A stretch of 63,211 nucleotides of DNA, the filler included, from Conidiobolus incongruus B7586 (Eukaryota): assembly GCA_000697335.1 (NCBI GenBank). It is 5 parts of 5 records of this genome, joined end to end, with 100 filler letters (N's around TTAATTAATTAA, not from the genome) between each part and the next. Parts side by side here need not be neighbours in the genome. Positions count along the whole stretch, not along the records: positions 37,666 to 49,232 come from JNEM01006101.1; positions 49,333 to 59,153 come from JNEM01006104.1; 3 more parts are not named here. The stretch is one strand, 5' to 3'. The notes beneath the pieces were generated by a model. It was given only the letters and a program-made list of their open reading frames with translations, was not told the DNA's origin and made no database searches. How positions within the stretch are numbered: position 1 is the first letter of the stretch; every line of letters begins with the position of its first letter. Of the stretch, positions 39,617 to 51,815 are shown in pieces. A program made the position numbers and the translations under genes.

Positions 39617-40661
39617 ATGTCAGATTCACAAGCTCAAAGTTTATTCAGAAAAGCTGAAGAAAAAGAAAATTACAAGTCCTGGTTTGGTGGTAACAAATTG
39701 GACGAAGCTTATGACCTTTATCAACAAGCTGCCAATTCTTTTAAATTATCTAAAAATAGTAAATTTATTCTATATTCAAAATATATTATATTTATTAAAT
39801 TCTTTTGTAAACTTTAGTGCAACAAGCTGGTAATTCTTTTTACCGCGCAGCTCAAGTTGCCCTCAAATTAAATGAGAAAGATGATGCCGCTACCCAATTT
39901 GTCAACGCTTCTAAAGCTTTCAAAAAAGTGAGCCCTCAAGGTAATATTTAGTTTAATTTGAATAAATTGAATTTATCCAATAATGCAATTTATCTATTCA
40001 GATGCTATTAATAATCTCAAATTGGCTATTGATATATTAACTGAAAGAGGAAGATTCCACGCTGCTGCCAATCACCAAAAAGAAATAGCTAACCTTTATG
40101 AAACTGAATTATCCGATTTTTCTCAAGCTATGTCTGCATATGAACTCGCTGCTGATTGGTACAGTGGTGAAGATTCTAACGCGTAAGTGCTTAAATAGTA
40201 TAGTTTTATTTATTCGCAAAATATCAATATCTTTTCGTTAATTTTTCAGGATTGCCAACTCTTGTCGTCTCAAGGCTGCCGAATTTGCTGCTCAGTTGGA
40301 ACAATACGAAAAGGCTGCTACCATTTTTGAAGATGTTGCCGCCAGCAGTATCGATAACCAATTAACTAAATGGTCGGTTAAAGAATACTTACTCAAAGCT
40401 GGATTATGCAGAATGTGCATGGGCGATATCATTGGAACTCAACGCTCCCTCAGACATTATGAAGACATGGATCTCTCATTTGCCCAAACCAGAGAGTGTA
40501 AATTTTTGAACAACTTGGTTGAATCCCTTGAAGCTGAAGATGTCGAAGCTTTTACAAATCACGTTTATGAATATGATCAATTGACTAAGTTTGACAATTG
40601 GAAGACCACTCTCTTGTTAAGAATTAAGAAGAGTATTGGTGAAGAGCCTTCTTTGACTTAA
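39617..40661 (+). CDS. SEC17: Alpha-soluble NSF attachment protein (alpha-SNAP), 285 aa, 4 exons
   Basis: Exons 39617-39758, 39818-39940, 40002-40182 and 40250-40661 in frame. Motifs KAEEK..WFGG..DEAYDLYQQAANSFK, GRFHAAANHQKEIA.LYE, LTKWSVKEYLLKAGLC and DNWKTTLLLRIK. Confidence 0.96.
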
Positions 40662-41578
40662 ATGTTCTTCATTTCCATTAAATATCTCTTAATATTTAAG
40701 CTAGTAATAATATAAGAAAAAAGACTGTATCTTGAAATTATCTTATCCTATATAAACCTTAGGCTTTGAATTGTATATTTGAATACTATGTATATTTTCA
40801 TCTATATTCTTTACTTTATCCAATATTAACTATTTTAATAATATTATATTTTATGATCAACAAAAACTATTACCAAAATCCATTATAACCTTATTCAATC
40901 CTTGTAATTAGAACTAAAACCAATTAATATCAATATATCAAATATATCATATGATTAAATTTATTTTCATATGAAATAAATATTCAATTTTGACTTATTA
41001 CACTCTTTTACTCCAAAATGCATTTTATAACATTTACTATCAACTACTTTATGAAACCGTTATGTCTTATACTTAGATATTTATTAATATATATATCCAA
41101 TTACTTGATATGGTATTCTGATTGAAGTATTATTGTTTGTATATGGGAATTGATACTTTAAATTTCAAAATCAAAATTTAAAGTTTGTCCCAAAAAAGTA
41201 ACTAGAGAAAATTATTTCTTTTATCATTATCATCATCAACAATATTTAATATCAGGTTCAACAGAAATAGTTAAAATTTTTATATTGGATATCACTAATT
41301 ATTTCAATTTAAATAATAAAATAAGAATAAAACATGAATAAAAAGAGTCTTGAATGATTTAATATCATTAATTTTATATTCCTGTCTAAACTTCCCTTAA
41401 ATTTAATATTATCCAAGTTTTCCTTATTACTCGATCCCTCGATTACTATATTTGTATCTGATAGATTCAAACCCACAATTTAATCAACTTCATATCAGAT
41501 TGATAGTGGATACCTTGCTGAGTCGTCACTTTTTATAAAGCTGTATTGGTCCGTAATCAACAGATCAACTTATACAAA

Positions 41579-43669
41579 ATGTCAACACAAAATCAAGTTA
41601 AACCAAATAATGAAAAATTTGATCGTGCTTTATTAGATTCAGTCTTGTTGAAGCGCTTCTTTTATGCTCCTTCCTTCTCTTTATACGGAGGTGTTGCTGG
41701 TCTTTATGATTACGGTCCTTTGGGATGCTCCCTACAATCCAATATCCTTCAATTATGGCGCAACCACTTTGTCTTAGAAGAAGACATGATGGAATTGGAT
41801 TGTGCCATTACTACTCCTCACAAGGTTTTGGAAGCATCTGGTCACGTTGCCAAATTCGCTGATTGGATGGTTAAAGACACCAAAACCGGTGATCTCTTCC
41901 GTGCTGATCACGTTGTTGAAGGTTTCTTAGAAGCTAAATTGGAAGGTGATAGGTTATACAGATTACAACAAGGAGAAGCTGTGGAAGGTGCTGCCACTCC
42001 TCAAGCTGGTGACAAGAAGCCCAGAAAGAAGAAGAATACTGTCGTTTATGAACCTTTGACTGATGAAGCAAAAGCTGAAATCGAATTCATTTTAGCTCAA
42101 ATTGATAACTATGATGGTGCTGGTTTAGGTGAGCTTATCCGCAAATATAACATTACCTCTCCTGAAGCCAACAACCCCTTAACTGAGCCTGTTGCTTTCA
42201 ACTTGATGTTTGATACCAGCATTGGTCCCTCTGGCAATCTCAAGGGTTATCTTAGACCTGAAACTGCCCAAGGTCAGTTCTTGAACTTCAAGAAGCTCTT
42301 AGAATATAGCAATGAAAAGCTCCCTTTTGCCTCTGCCCAAATTGGTCGTTCCTTTAGAAATGAAATCAGCCCTCGTTCTGGTCTTTTAAGAGTTAGAGAA
42401 TTCACCATGGCTGAAATTGAACACTTTGTTGATCCTGAAAACAAGAAACACGCCAGATTCAATGAAGTCAAGGACTACGAACTCAACTTATTATCTGCCG
42501 CTGATCAATTGAAGGGTATCACTGAGGTCACTAAGATCACCATTGGAGAAGCTGTCGCCTCTAAGTTGGTTGATAACGAAACCCTTGGTTATTTCTTGTT
42601 CGTATCCATCAATTTTTATTAAAAATCGGTGTTCAACCTCACCGCCTCAGATTCCGTCAACATTTGACCAACGAAATGGCTCACTATGCTTGCGACTGTT
42701 GGGATGCTGAAATTCACACCAGCTATGGATGGATCGAGTGTGTTGGATGTGCTGATCGTTCTGCTTACGATTTAACAGTCCACGCTAAAGCCACTGGCCA
42801 AAGCTTAGTTGTTCGTGAAGCTCTCAAAGAACCCTTAGTATACGATCAAACTAAGGTCGAAATCAACGAAAAGGTCTTTGGTCCCGCTTTGAAGAAGGGT
42901 GCCAAGCCTGTTCGTGAATACTTAAATTCTTTGACTGAATGCCAACTTGAGGAACTTCAAAAGCAATTCACTGATAAGTTAACTGTCACTGGTACTGATA
43001 AGCAACAATATGAAATCACTACTGATATGGTTTCTATCAAACGTGTTACTGTTAAAACCAATAGTAAGTTTGCTTACAAGCTTTAAAAGATTCCACTAAC
43101 CTTCTCTCCTTAGTTCGCGAGTATGTTCCTAGTGTTATTGAACCTTCTTTCGGTATTGGTCGTATTTTATATAGTTTAATTGAACACGCCTTCTGGGTTC
43201 GTGAAGGTGACGAACAACGTACTGTTTTATCTTTCCCCATTGGTATGGCTCCTATCAAATGCTCTCTTCTTCCTTTGAGTAACAACGAAGTCTTCACTCC
43301 CTTCATTGACACCATTGGTCGTCAATTAAGAAAACATGGAATCACCACTAAGACTGACGACTCTTCAGCCTCCATCGGTCGTCGTTATGCTAGAAACGAT
43401 GAAGTTGGTACTCCTCTGGCTGTTACTATTGATTTCCAAACTGTCCAAGATAACACTGTTACTCTTAGAGAAAGAGATTCTACTAAGCAAATTCGTCAAC
43501 CTGTAAGTTATATTATATGCATATACAATCTTTCTCTAACCTATTGTTCTTATAGATCGATGTTATTATCAAAATCATTAAAGATCTTGTTGAAGAAACG
43601 ACCACTTGGGAAGAAATCATCAATCAATATCCTCTCTTTACCCAACAAGAAGTCGCCGAATCATCTTAA
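41579..43669 (+). CDS. GRS1: Glycyl-tRNA synthetase (eukaryote-type, class II) with an apparent 1-nt frameshift at about 42598-42601
   Basis: ATG 41579; introns 43064-43113 and 43503-43555; stop 43669. Motifs [75 protein letters not shown] and [13 protein letters not shown]. The frame shifts between TLGYFL and [10 protein letters not shown]. Confidence 0.93.
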
Positions 43670-44251
43670 TCTCTATATTTATAGTATTACAGATTTGTTA
43701 TATAAACAACCTATACATTTTGAATTAAATCACTCAATATTATTATATTTTTTATTTCAATTATACCATTAATTAATTTCAATATTTATTCTAATACAAC
43801 CCAATATTCGATATATGAGCATTGATAATTTTCAGAACCAATGCTTTATATAAAAATTTGTAATTTGAAATATTTCATTAAATATAATCTACCATATATT
43901 AAATAACTATTATTTGTTTTTTAGTTCTAAAATATATAAGTTGTTTTGGGAAAATGATCAATATTCAATTAAATTATCTTATAAATTCATATTTTTAATT
44001 TTATACAATAGTAAATTCATGATTCCAGCTGCCATCAGTTCAATGTAATAATATTCTCAATATACAATATTGATTTTAAAATCTGCAGATTTAAATTGTA
44101 ATTACAATTTATTAATCAAATAATTACTATAAAATTTGAAATAAAGAATTAGCTTTTATGTTATCAGTTTTAATTTTAAAATGAGTGAAATTATAATTAC
44201 AAGGTATAAAATAAAAATAAAAAAGGTAAATTATGTTATTTAATTAAACAA

Positions 44252-46061
44252 TTAGAGAGGAATATTTCCATGCTTTTTGTATGGATTGCTGAGTTTCTTG
44301 TTTTGAAGAAGTTCAAGATCTTCGATAATGCGTTGTCTAGTAGTTGAGGGCTTGATAACATCGTCCAAGAATCCTCTTTGAGCAGCTGGGAGAGGGTTGG
44401 CAAATTTATCAATATATTCTTTTTCGGCTTGTTCGCGATTCTCTTGATTACGGAAAATGATTTCAACAGCACCTTTAGCTCCCATAACAGCAATTTCAGC
44501 AGTGGGCCAAGCATAGTTGATATCACCTCTAAGGTGTTTAGAGCTCATGACATCATAAGCACCACCATAGGCCTTACGAGTAATAACAGTGATCTTAGGG
44601 ACGGTGGCTTCAGCATAAGCATATAAGAGTTTGGCACCATGACGAATAATACCGTTATGTTCTTGAGCAGTACCAGGTAAGAATCCAGGAACATCAACCA
44701 AAGTTAATAAAGGAATGTTGAAAGCATCACAGAATCTAACAAATCTGGCAGCCTTAACAGATGAATTGATATCCAATACACCAGAGGATACTAATGGTTG
44801 ATTTCCAACAACACCAACAGTGCGGCCGCCTACTCTGCTAAAACCAACAATAATATTTTTGGCATAGTCGGGTTGAATTTCGAAAAAGTTACCATCATCA
44901 ACTAAACGGGTGATAACATCTTTCATGTCATAGGCTTTGGTATTTTCACGAGGGATGATAGTATTTAAAGCATCATCATGGCGATCTAATGAATCGTCAG
45001 TAGGACGAATGGGAGCAGGTTCACGGTTGGAAAGAGGAAGAAAATCAATGAATTCTCTTAATTTGGCCAAAGCTTCTAAGTCATTTTCAAAAGCATTGTG
45101 AGCAACACCAGATTTAGCAGTGTGGGCCTTAGCACCACCAAGTTCTTCTTGAGTGACATTTTCGTTGGTAACGGCTTTAACAACGTCTGGACCAGTAACA
45201 AACAAGTAGGAGGTATCACGAACCATAAAAGTAAAATCTGTCAAGGCTGGAGAGTATACAGCACCACCAGCACAAGGTCCCATAATTAAAGAGATTTGAG
45301 GGATAACTCCCGAAGCCATAACATTTCTTTGGAAAATATCAGCATATCCAGCTAAGGAATCAACACCTTCTTGAATACGAGCACCTCCGGAATCATTTAA
45401 GCCAATGACAGGAGCACCAACAAGCATAGCTTGGTCCATAACCTTGCAAATCTTTTGAGCATGAGTTTTGGATAAACTTCCACCAAAGGTAGTAAAATCT
45501 TGACTGAATATGTAAACAGTTCTACCGTTAATTTTACCATGACCTAAGCAAGTTATTAGAAAGAAATAATTGAGAAAGAATTTGGATCAAATTACCAGTG
45601 ACGACACCATCACCAGGAGACTGTTGAATATAAAGTGATTAATAAAGACTTAATAAAAATAATAGTAGAGCTTACCTTGTTCTTTTCCATTCCAAAATCG
45701 ACACATTGGTGAACAACAAAAGCGTCGTATTCTTTGAAAGTACCAGGATCTAATAAAGCTTCAATTCTTTCACGAGCAGTCAATTTACCCTAATTAATTG
45801 TTTAACATAAAAAAATAATATATTTGATATCTGTTATACCTTATTGTGTTGGGCATCAATTCTCTTTTGGCCACCACCTAAGCGACCTTCTTGACGAACA
45901 GATTCAATTCTACGTTCAACATTAGTCATTAAATGGTCTGAGAGGGTAGGAATAGCTGAAGAAAAGCATCTGATAGAGCCTCCAGCTCTTCTGGTAGTAT
46001 ATCTAAGAGCAGTTGAATTGAGGAGTTTTAATCCTTTTAACATACTAATGCTATATTCCAT
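44252..46061 (-). CDS. PCCB: Propionyl-CoA carboxylase beta (carboxyltransferase) subunit, mitochondrial precursor, about 550 aa, 4 exons
   Basis: Exons 46061-45840, 45789-45676, 45620-45596 (25 nt) and 45543-44252. Arg/Ser-rich presequence; [71 protein letters not shown] and C-terminal KKHGNIPL. Confidence 0.92.
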
Positions 46062-49059
46062 TTAATAAATGAATCAAAAATGTGTAGTAAAATGTATACC
46101 TGTTGATGTAATCAATTAAAATCAAGGTGTAGAGAATGATGAATTTCGACTTAATTATATTATTTGGGATGGATACTGAATTCAAATAAATTTGTAATTA
46201 TAAATATCATATGATAGTGAGGATACTATTAATTGTTTTGATTCGCTGATGATTGATGAAGACTGAAATTCATAAGTAAAAAAATAAATTAATCATCATG
46301 TGACTGATCCTTCTTTCCGAATAAATTAAGTGCTTTCATAATTATCAAACCAATATATTTTAAGTTCCTTATAAACAATGATATTTGTATTATAACAATT
46401 ATATAATTTTGTATTACAGTTATAAAATTTTTGTTTTATAAAGCTCAGGTTAAATTTAGTAGTGAATTCAATTATAATATTTCTGTGTGATAGTAAACTT
46501 TCGAATTTAATGTATTTGACCTAATATTTTGGTTATATCATATTAAAAATTATATGTGAAAAATTTTGATAATTTTGGATAATTAGAATTAAATTAATAA
46601 AATTTTTTTAATTATACTTAAAATAGTCAATCATACTGGCAACATCACCCTCAATTATTATCTCACTGATTGTAAAAAGAATTATACTAACTCTCTTTAA
46701 TCATTATTGAGTTAATTTGGTACCATTTTATTTATCATCATCATTTTATTAATTTATAATTAATATACCAGAATACGGGCAACGATCTTAGCTAGTATAA
46801 AATGAATTTTTAATAGTTATGGTTAAATAATCAAAATATTGACACTTTGTAATGCTTAATATTTATTGATTGTGTTAAAATATAGTGTTTCATGAAATAA
46901 TACTATACTTTAGAATATATACAGCTTAAAAAGGTTACTATAGTCTTACAAAAATGATGATTTGATTGACTCAATTAATTGCAATATTCAAGATAGAAAC
47001 AAATTCATATTTCTATCATTCAATAAGTAGTGACTTGAATTTAAAATAATGAACCCAGTTGCATCTAACTATAATTATTTTTATGAACCGTTATTAATTC
47101 AAGAATGAGGTAAGTTTAACTATCAATGATTCAGATCTAATCCTTCACAAACTGATATGTATTTTATTACGTTGGGTAATAAATTTTGAACTCAAATTTA
47201 AAATTGATTATTATTTCAGTTTTGACACCCCTTGTGGGTTTTTGGTTAAAGTCTACTTGGTTTGTTCAAATTTCTGAACACAATAAAAACTTCATCAAAA
47301 GATAAATAAATATAATATTCAATTGTCAGTTTTTAATGGATTCAAAAAGTTTCAATTATAGTTTATTTTCTAGAGTTGAATCGGAAATTTTGCACTTAAC
47401 TATTATTTAATGTTTGACACCTAAATTTATAATATATAATTCATTTTTTGGATCAATTATTTATCAAATGTAATTCAGCTTTTTTTACGTAATTTATATT
47501 TCATTATTTATAATATACTATTTAGGGATATAACAGAGGTTTACTAATTTGATTTATTAATTGATTCATATTAATTAAAATCACTTTAAATAATATAAAA
47601 CTATATATGATATGATCAATTAAGATTAAAAGTGAGACATTTCCAGATATATTAGATATACAATTGTTAAACAATGTTTGTTGAAATATGTTTTTTTCAA
47701 TATCAATTTAGTGCTATATGATATTATAAAATCGAATGTGTAATGGTTTACTAATATTTATTAAACTAAGTAATCTCGAACCAAAAACCAACACAGGGTT
47801 TAAATGATGTATAATTAAAAAACAAATATAATGATAACAGCGAATGTAGACCTTTCATAGTTGATTAAAATATTTTTTGAACTTGATTTTCGTTTTGATG
47901 TTATACAATAAAAACTCAATTTTAACTAGTCAAAGTTACTTGAATAATACTATAATAAATTGAGTAAATTTTATCCAATTTTTGTTTGATTTGTTGAACG
48001 TATTGTATACATAATAGAGCAACTGGTTATTTGAAGCTTTAGTATCATGGTATACCTAAATAAGTTGATTTATACTTGGATATTTATGATCACAATATTT
48101 GATTTAATTTATTCATATGTGAAAATTGATTTCATATTTAATATATGGAAATTGAATTTCATTAATGATATGATTTAATATAAAATATTTTTAAATTAGC
48201 TTTATTATAATTTTGTTATCACTGATGATATATATGAATTTTTTAATATATTCATTGAAATTACTGATTGAATATGTTTCAATAGGTGGAGATTGAAAAT
48301 AGCGTATTTTATGTATTTCATTTATAATAAACGAGATGATAAATAAAATTTATCTATCTTGAATTTAATTATTTGACCTTAATATATTGGTTAAAAAGTG
48401 AGTATTACTTTGATGTAAATATTTCATATATATGATCTATAATGAAAATTGTATTATCAAAACAAACAATAATATCATTAATATAAAAATCAAAAATAAA
48501 TTTTATAGTTAATTATTTATATTTCTAGAGAAATTAACTAATTATATAGTTTTAAAATCAGAAATAAATATAATTAATTATGTATGAATATTAATATTTA
48601 ATAGAAAATATAAAATTAATAATCTCTTTAAATATTGATAACTCTTTAATATATTTTTTACCAACTTGTATTATTTATTTAATGATTTTTTTAAATATTG
48701 AAATTTGATACTTTATATACTGATTTAAATTATTAATAAGAATTTTTTTAATAAGTGTATTTTTTTAAATGCCCAAAGCAATTATAATCATACAAGCTCT
48801 AATCTAACGAATATACTGAATATACTGAATATGGTAGGTTTTTCAATTTTTCTATATAAACAATATTTTATAATTTCAATTTTATAAAATTTATATTTAT
48901 TATTTTACATAATAAATATGATTAATTTATAAATGATATACTAATTGAATATTTTTTTCAAAAAATATTAAACTTTATATAAGTTAATATATTATTGAAA
49001 ATTAAATAAAAGATTATATATTATTTGGATCTAATATGATAATTAAAGATTATAAAAAA

Positions 49060-50130
49060 TATTATTTGTATTTAATAATGTATTTTTTGTTTTAATAAAA
49101 TATTATATAATAGAAATTAAAATATAATAAAAATAGTAAATTAAAATAAATATTATTATATTTATTTATATTGAAATAAATTCTATATAATAATAATTAA
49201 TTTAATTTTAAGTTTTTAATAAAATTATAATANNNNNNNNNNNNNNNNNNNNNNNNNNNNNNNNNNNNNNNNNNNNTTAATTAATTAANNNNNNNNNNNN
49301 NNNNNNNNNNNNNNNNNNNNNNNNNNNNNNNNAAACTCAAATTAATAAATAAAAATATAAAATAAATACCTTATAATTTAACTAAAGCTTAAAAAAAGCT
49401 AGAGTAGCTATTGTTAAATAAAACTTATTAAGATATAGCTAGAAACCAAGGCTTTTAGAGTAAACTATTATAATTGATGAATTTTAAATTCTTTTATATA
49501 ATCCTTTATTAAAATATAAATCAAAGTGTTGGATTAGGTTAAATCAACCCCCTCTACAAATTCCTTTAAATAAACACTTTATTGATAAGCAAATGTTAAT
49601 TATTGTAATAGATTATAATAGCATATGCTATTTTTATTTAGTTTTTAAAGGAAAATTAATTAATAATAAACTTTATATTTCTTTTTTAAATAAAACTATT
49701 TCTAATTGGTATGTTAAATATAATTTGAGAATACCTATTATTTTACATGATAATTGTAAAATATATAAATCTAAAGTTATAAAAAACTTTTTAATTAAAA
49801 ATAACTGGAAAAAACTACCACATCCAGTATATTCCTTAGATTATAACCTATATAATTATAATTGTTTTAGGTAATTAAAAAACCAGCTTGTAGGAAAGAA
49901 AATTTTTGCAAGAAAATTTAATTGGTTTGTGAAACATCAAATTTCAGTCCTTAATAACAAGAATTATTTTTTAGGTGTTAGATCTTTGCTAATAATATAG
50001 CAAAAAGTTATTAAAAACAAAGGAAATTATTAATTCTATATTATATATTTATTTTTACTTTTTATATATTAAAATGTTTATTTTTTTTTCAATCACAAAA
50101 AATTCTCATTATTTAAATTACAAAGTAATA
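49060..50130 (+). mobile_element. Degenerate mariner (DD34D) DNA transposon, copy A, with an internal assembly gap
   Basis: Transposase remnants with multiple in-frame stops: TIIIDE, ILHDNCKIYK..WKKLPHPVYSLDYNLYNY..KGNY* (49333-50033). Candidate imperfect terminal inverted repeats at about 49060-49090 and 50095-50130, each bounded by TA. Confidence 0.8.
49233..49332. other. Assembly gap with artificial spacer
   Basis: N44-TTAATTAATTAA-N44. Confidence 0.97.
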
Positions 50131-50974
50131 ATAATTTGCTAAATCATTCATAATTGATTAATATAAAATTTTTAATATTATAAAACAATGGTAATTTAAA
50201 AATAAATTAATTTTCATTTGTAAACTTGCTTATTCAAATATTGAATATTATTTAATTTTGTCAAAATATGTTATAAAAAAATTTAAAGTTTGATTTAAAA
50301 AGATGATATTTGTTTCAAAAAACAGTTAATAAGTATTATCTACTTAGCTTTGTTTAAATCTACCATGTAATATAAAATACACTAAATTTAGTGATATCCT
50401 GAATAAACAAAGCCATATATTTAATATATTCAAATTTAAATATTTATATTAACTCTGTTATTATGTTTTATGTTTTGTGATTTGTATGATATACCAATAT
50501 GATAAATGGAAAATAAAATTAAAGTGATATATATAAATATATTAAATTTTTAATTACTTCTTTCATACTCTTGGGATGATAATCAAAATTTAACATTGGC
50601 CTTGCATTCAATGACCCCTTGAGTATTGCTCTACTTTTGATCACTATTAGAGTTCTTGTTGAAATTTATTAGTGTGCTCCCACCCGTGCCTGTAGATTTT
50701 GATATTAAAATTGATTTCTATTGCAATAAAAGGAGAAATACTAATTCAAGAGGAGTTGAAGGCGAAACTCTCTCAAACAAATTGATTCTAGTAGCTAATT
50801 ATTAATTAGCATAGCAAGGACGGATATAAAATGTAATTACCATTCCTATCCTTACTTAATTTCTATTTGATATTTCAACTTCACCAATTTCAACTACCAT
50901 TATACCAAATCCCAGTCCAAAGCATGACAATGATCCAACCAAAGGAAATCAACTAGTCAAATAATATACAAATT

Positions 50975-51815
50975 TTATTTATAGTTCAACATTTTTAAAA
51001 TTAAATTCATTTTAACTTGCTCGCCAATGATTAATTCGTTAAACTGTATCAATTCCTTTTTCACCGTTATCAATTCATTCTGCGTATTGATTAATTCTTG
51101 CTTGAGATTCTTGTAGCTTTGTGTAAGTTGGTCAATTTGACGTTGTAAATGCAAAGAATTCCCAGAGTCTACACTGTGGTTGTTGACGAGTGCTAGCATT
51201 TCGGATCGTAGCTGATTCAGCTGATCCAGTGTCACATATTGCGTATTCAGGGATTGCGTAGGGATGGAGTGCTGCTGTATCATTGGAATCGGGGACGATG
51301 GTACGAGCTGGGTATCATTGCCCAACGGCGATCCCATAATCATCGGGATATGTCCCGGTGAATTTGGTAGGGAATTGTTGGGTGGCGGTCTAAATACTAT
51401 GCATTAATATATTTACAAGCGCGATGAAATATTAATAACTTACGATACCGAATTCAAACTTTGTTTACCTATCAATTTCTCCAATTTGTCAACAATAGGC
51501 TTTAGAGAAGGGTCCTTTTTCTAAAAAAAATATTAATACCACATAACTACTAAAAAAATACTATAATACTTTAAACTTGGCCTTCAAATTCTTCCACTTT
51601 ACTTTACACTGTACACTATTCTTATCGATACCTTTAGCTTTTAATAAAGCACTAGTCTCCGACCAAAACTTCTTGGAAAGTAAATGATTCGTAGTATTAA
51701 AATTCTTTATCTGATAGTCTTCTAATATCTCAATAAGTTGAACGGTCTCTTGCCAGTTCCAATAATTCCGACTCGAGTAATTACTCGTTGGTTGGGGCTG
51801 TGAAGGTGTTGTCAT
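50975..51815 (-). CDS. Myb/SANT-like (trihelix-type) DNA-binding protein with C-terminal coiled coil, 245 aa, 3 exons
   Basis: Exons 51815-51570, 51520-51444 and 51389-50975 in frame. W..QETVQLI..FWSETS..L..G..KNSVQCKVKWKNLK.KFK matches the Myb/SANT-like pattern; Pro/Ser linker followed by heptad repeats. Confidence 0.82.

Noticed and set aside
42602..42650. Potential GT-AG intron explaining the GRS1 frameshift
   Set aside because: Splicing it does not restore the frame and would delete the conserved [12 protein letters not shown] segment.
50600..50660. RNase MRP-like words on the minus strand (AATAGTGAT..ACTCAAGGGGTCATT)
   Set aside because: No matching upstream CR-I (GAAAGUCCCC-like) partner to form helix P4 could be found.
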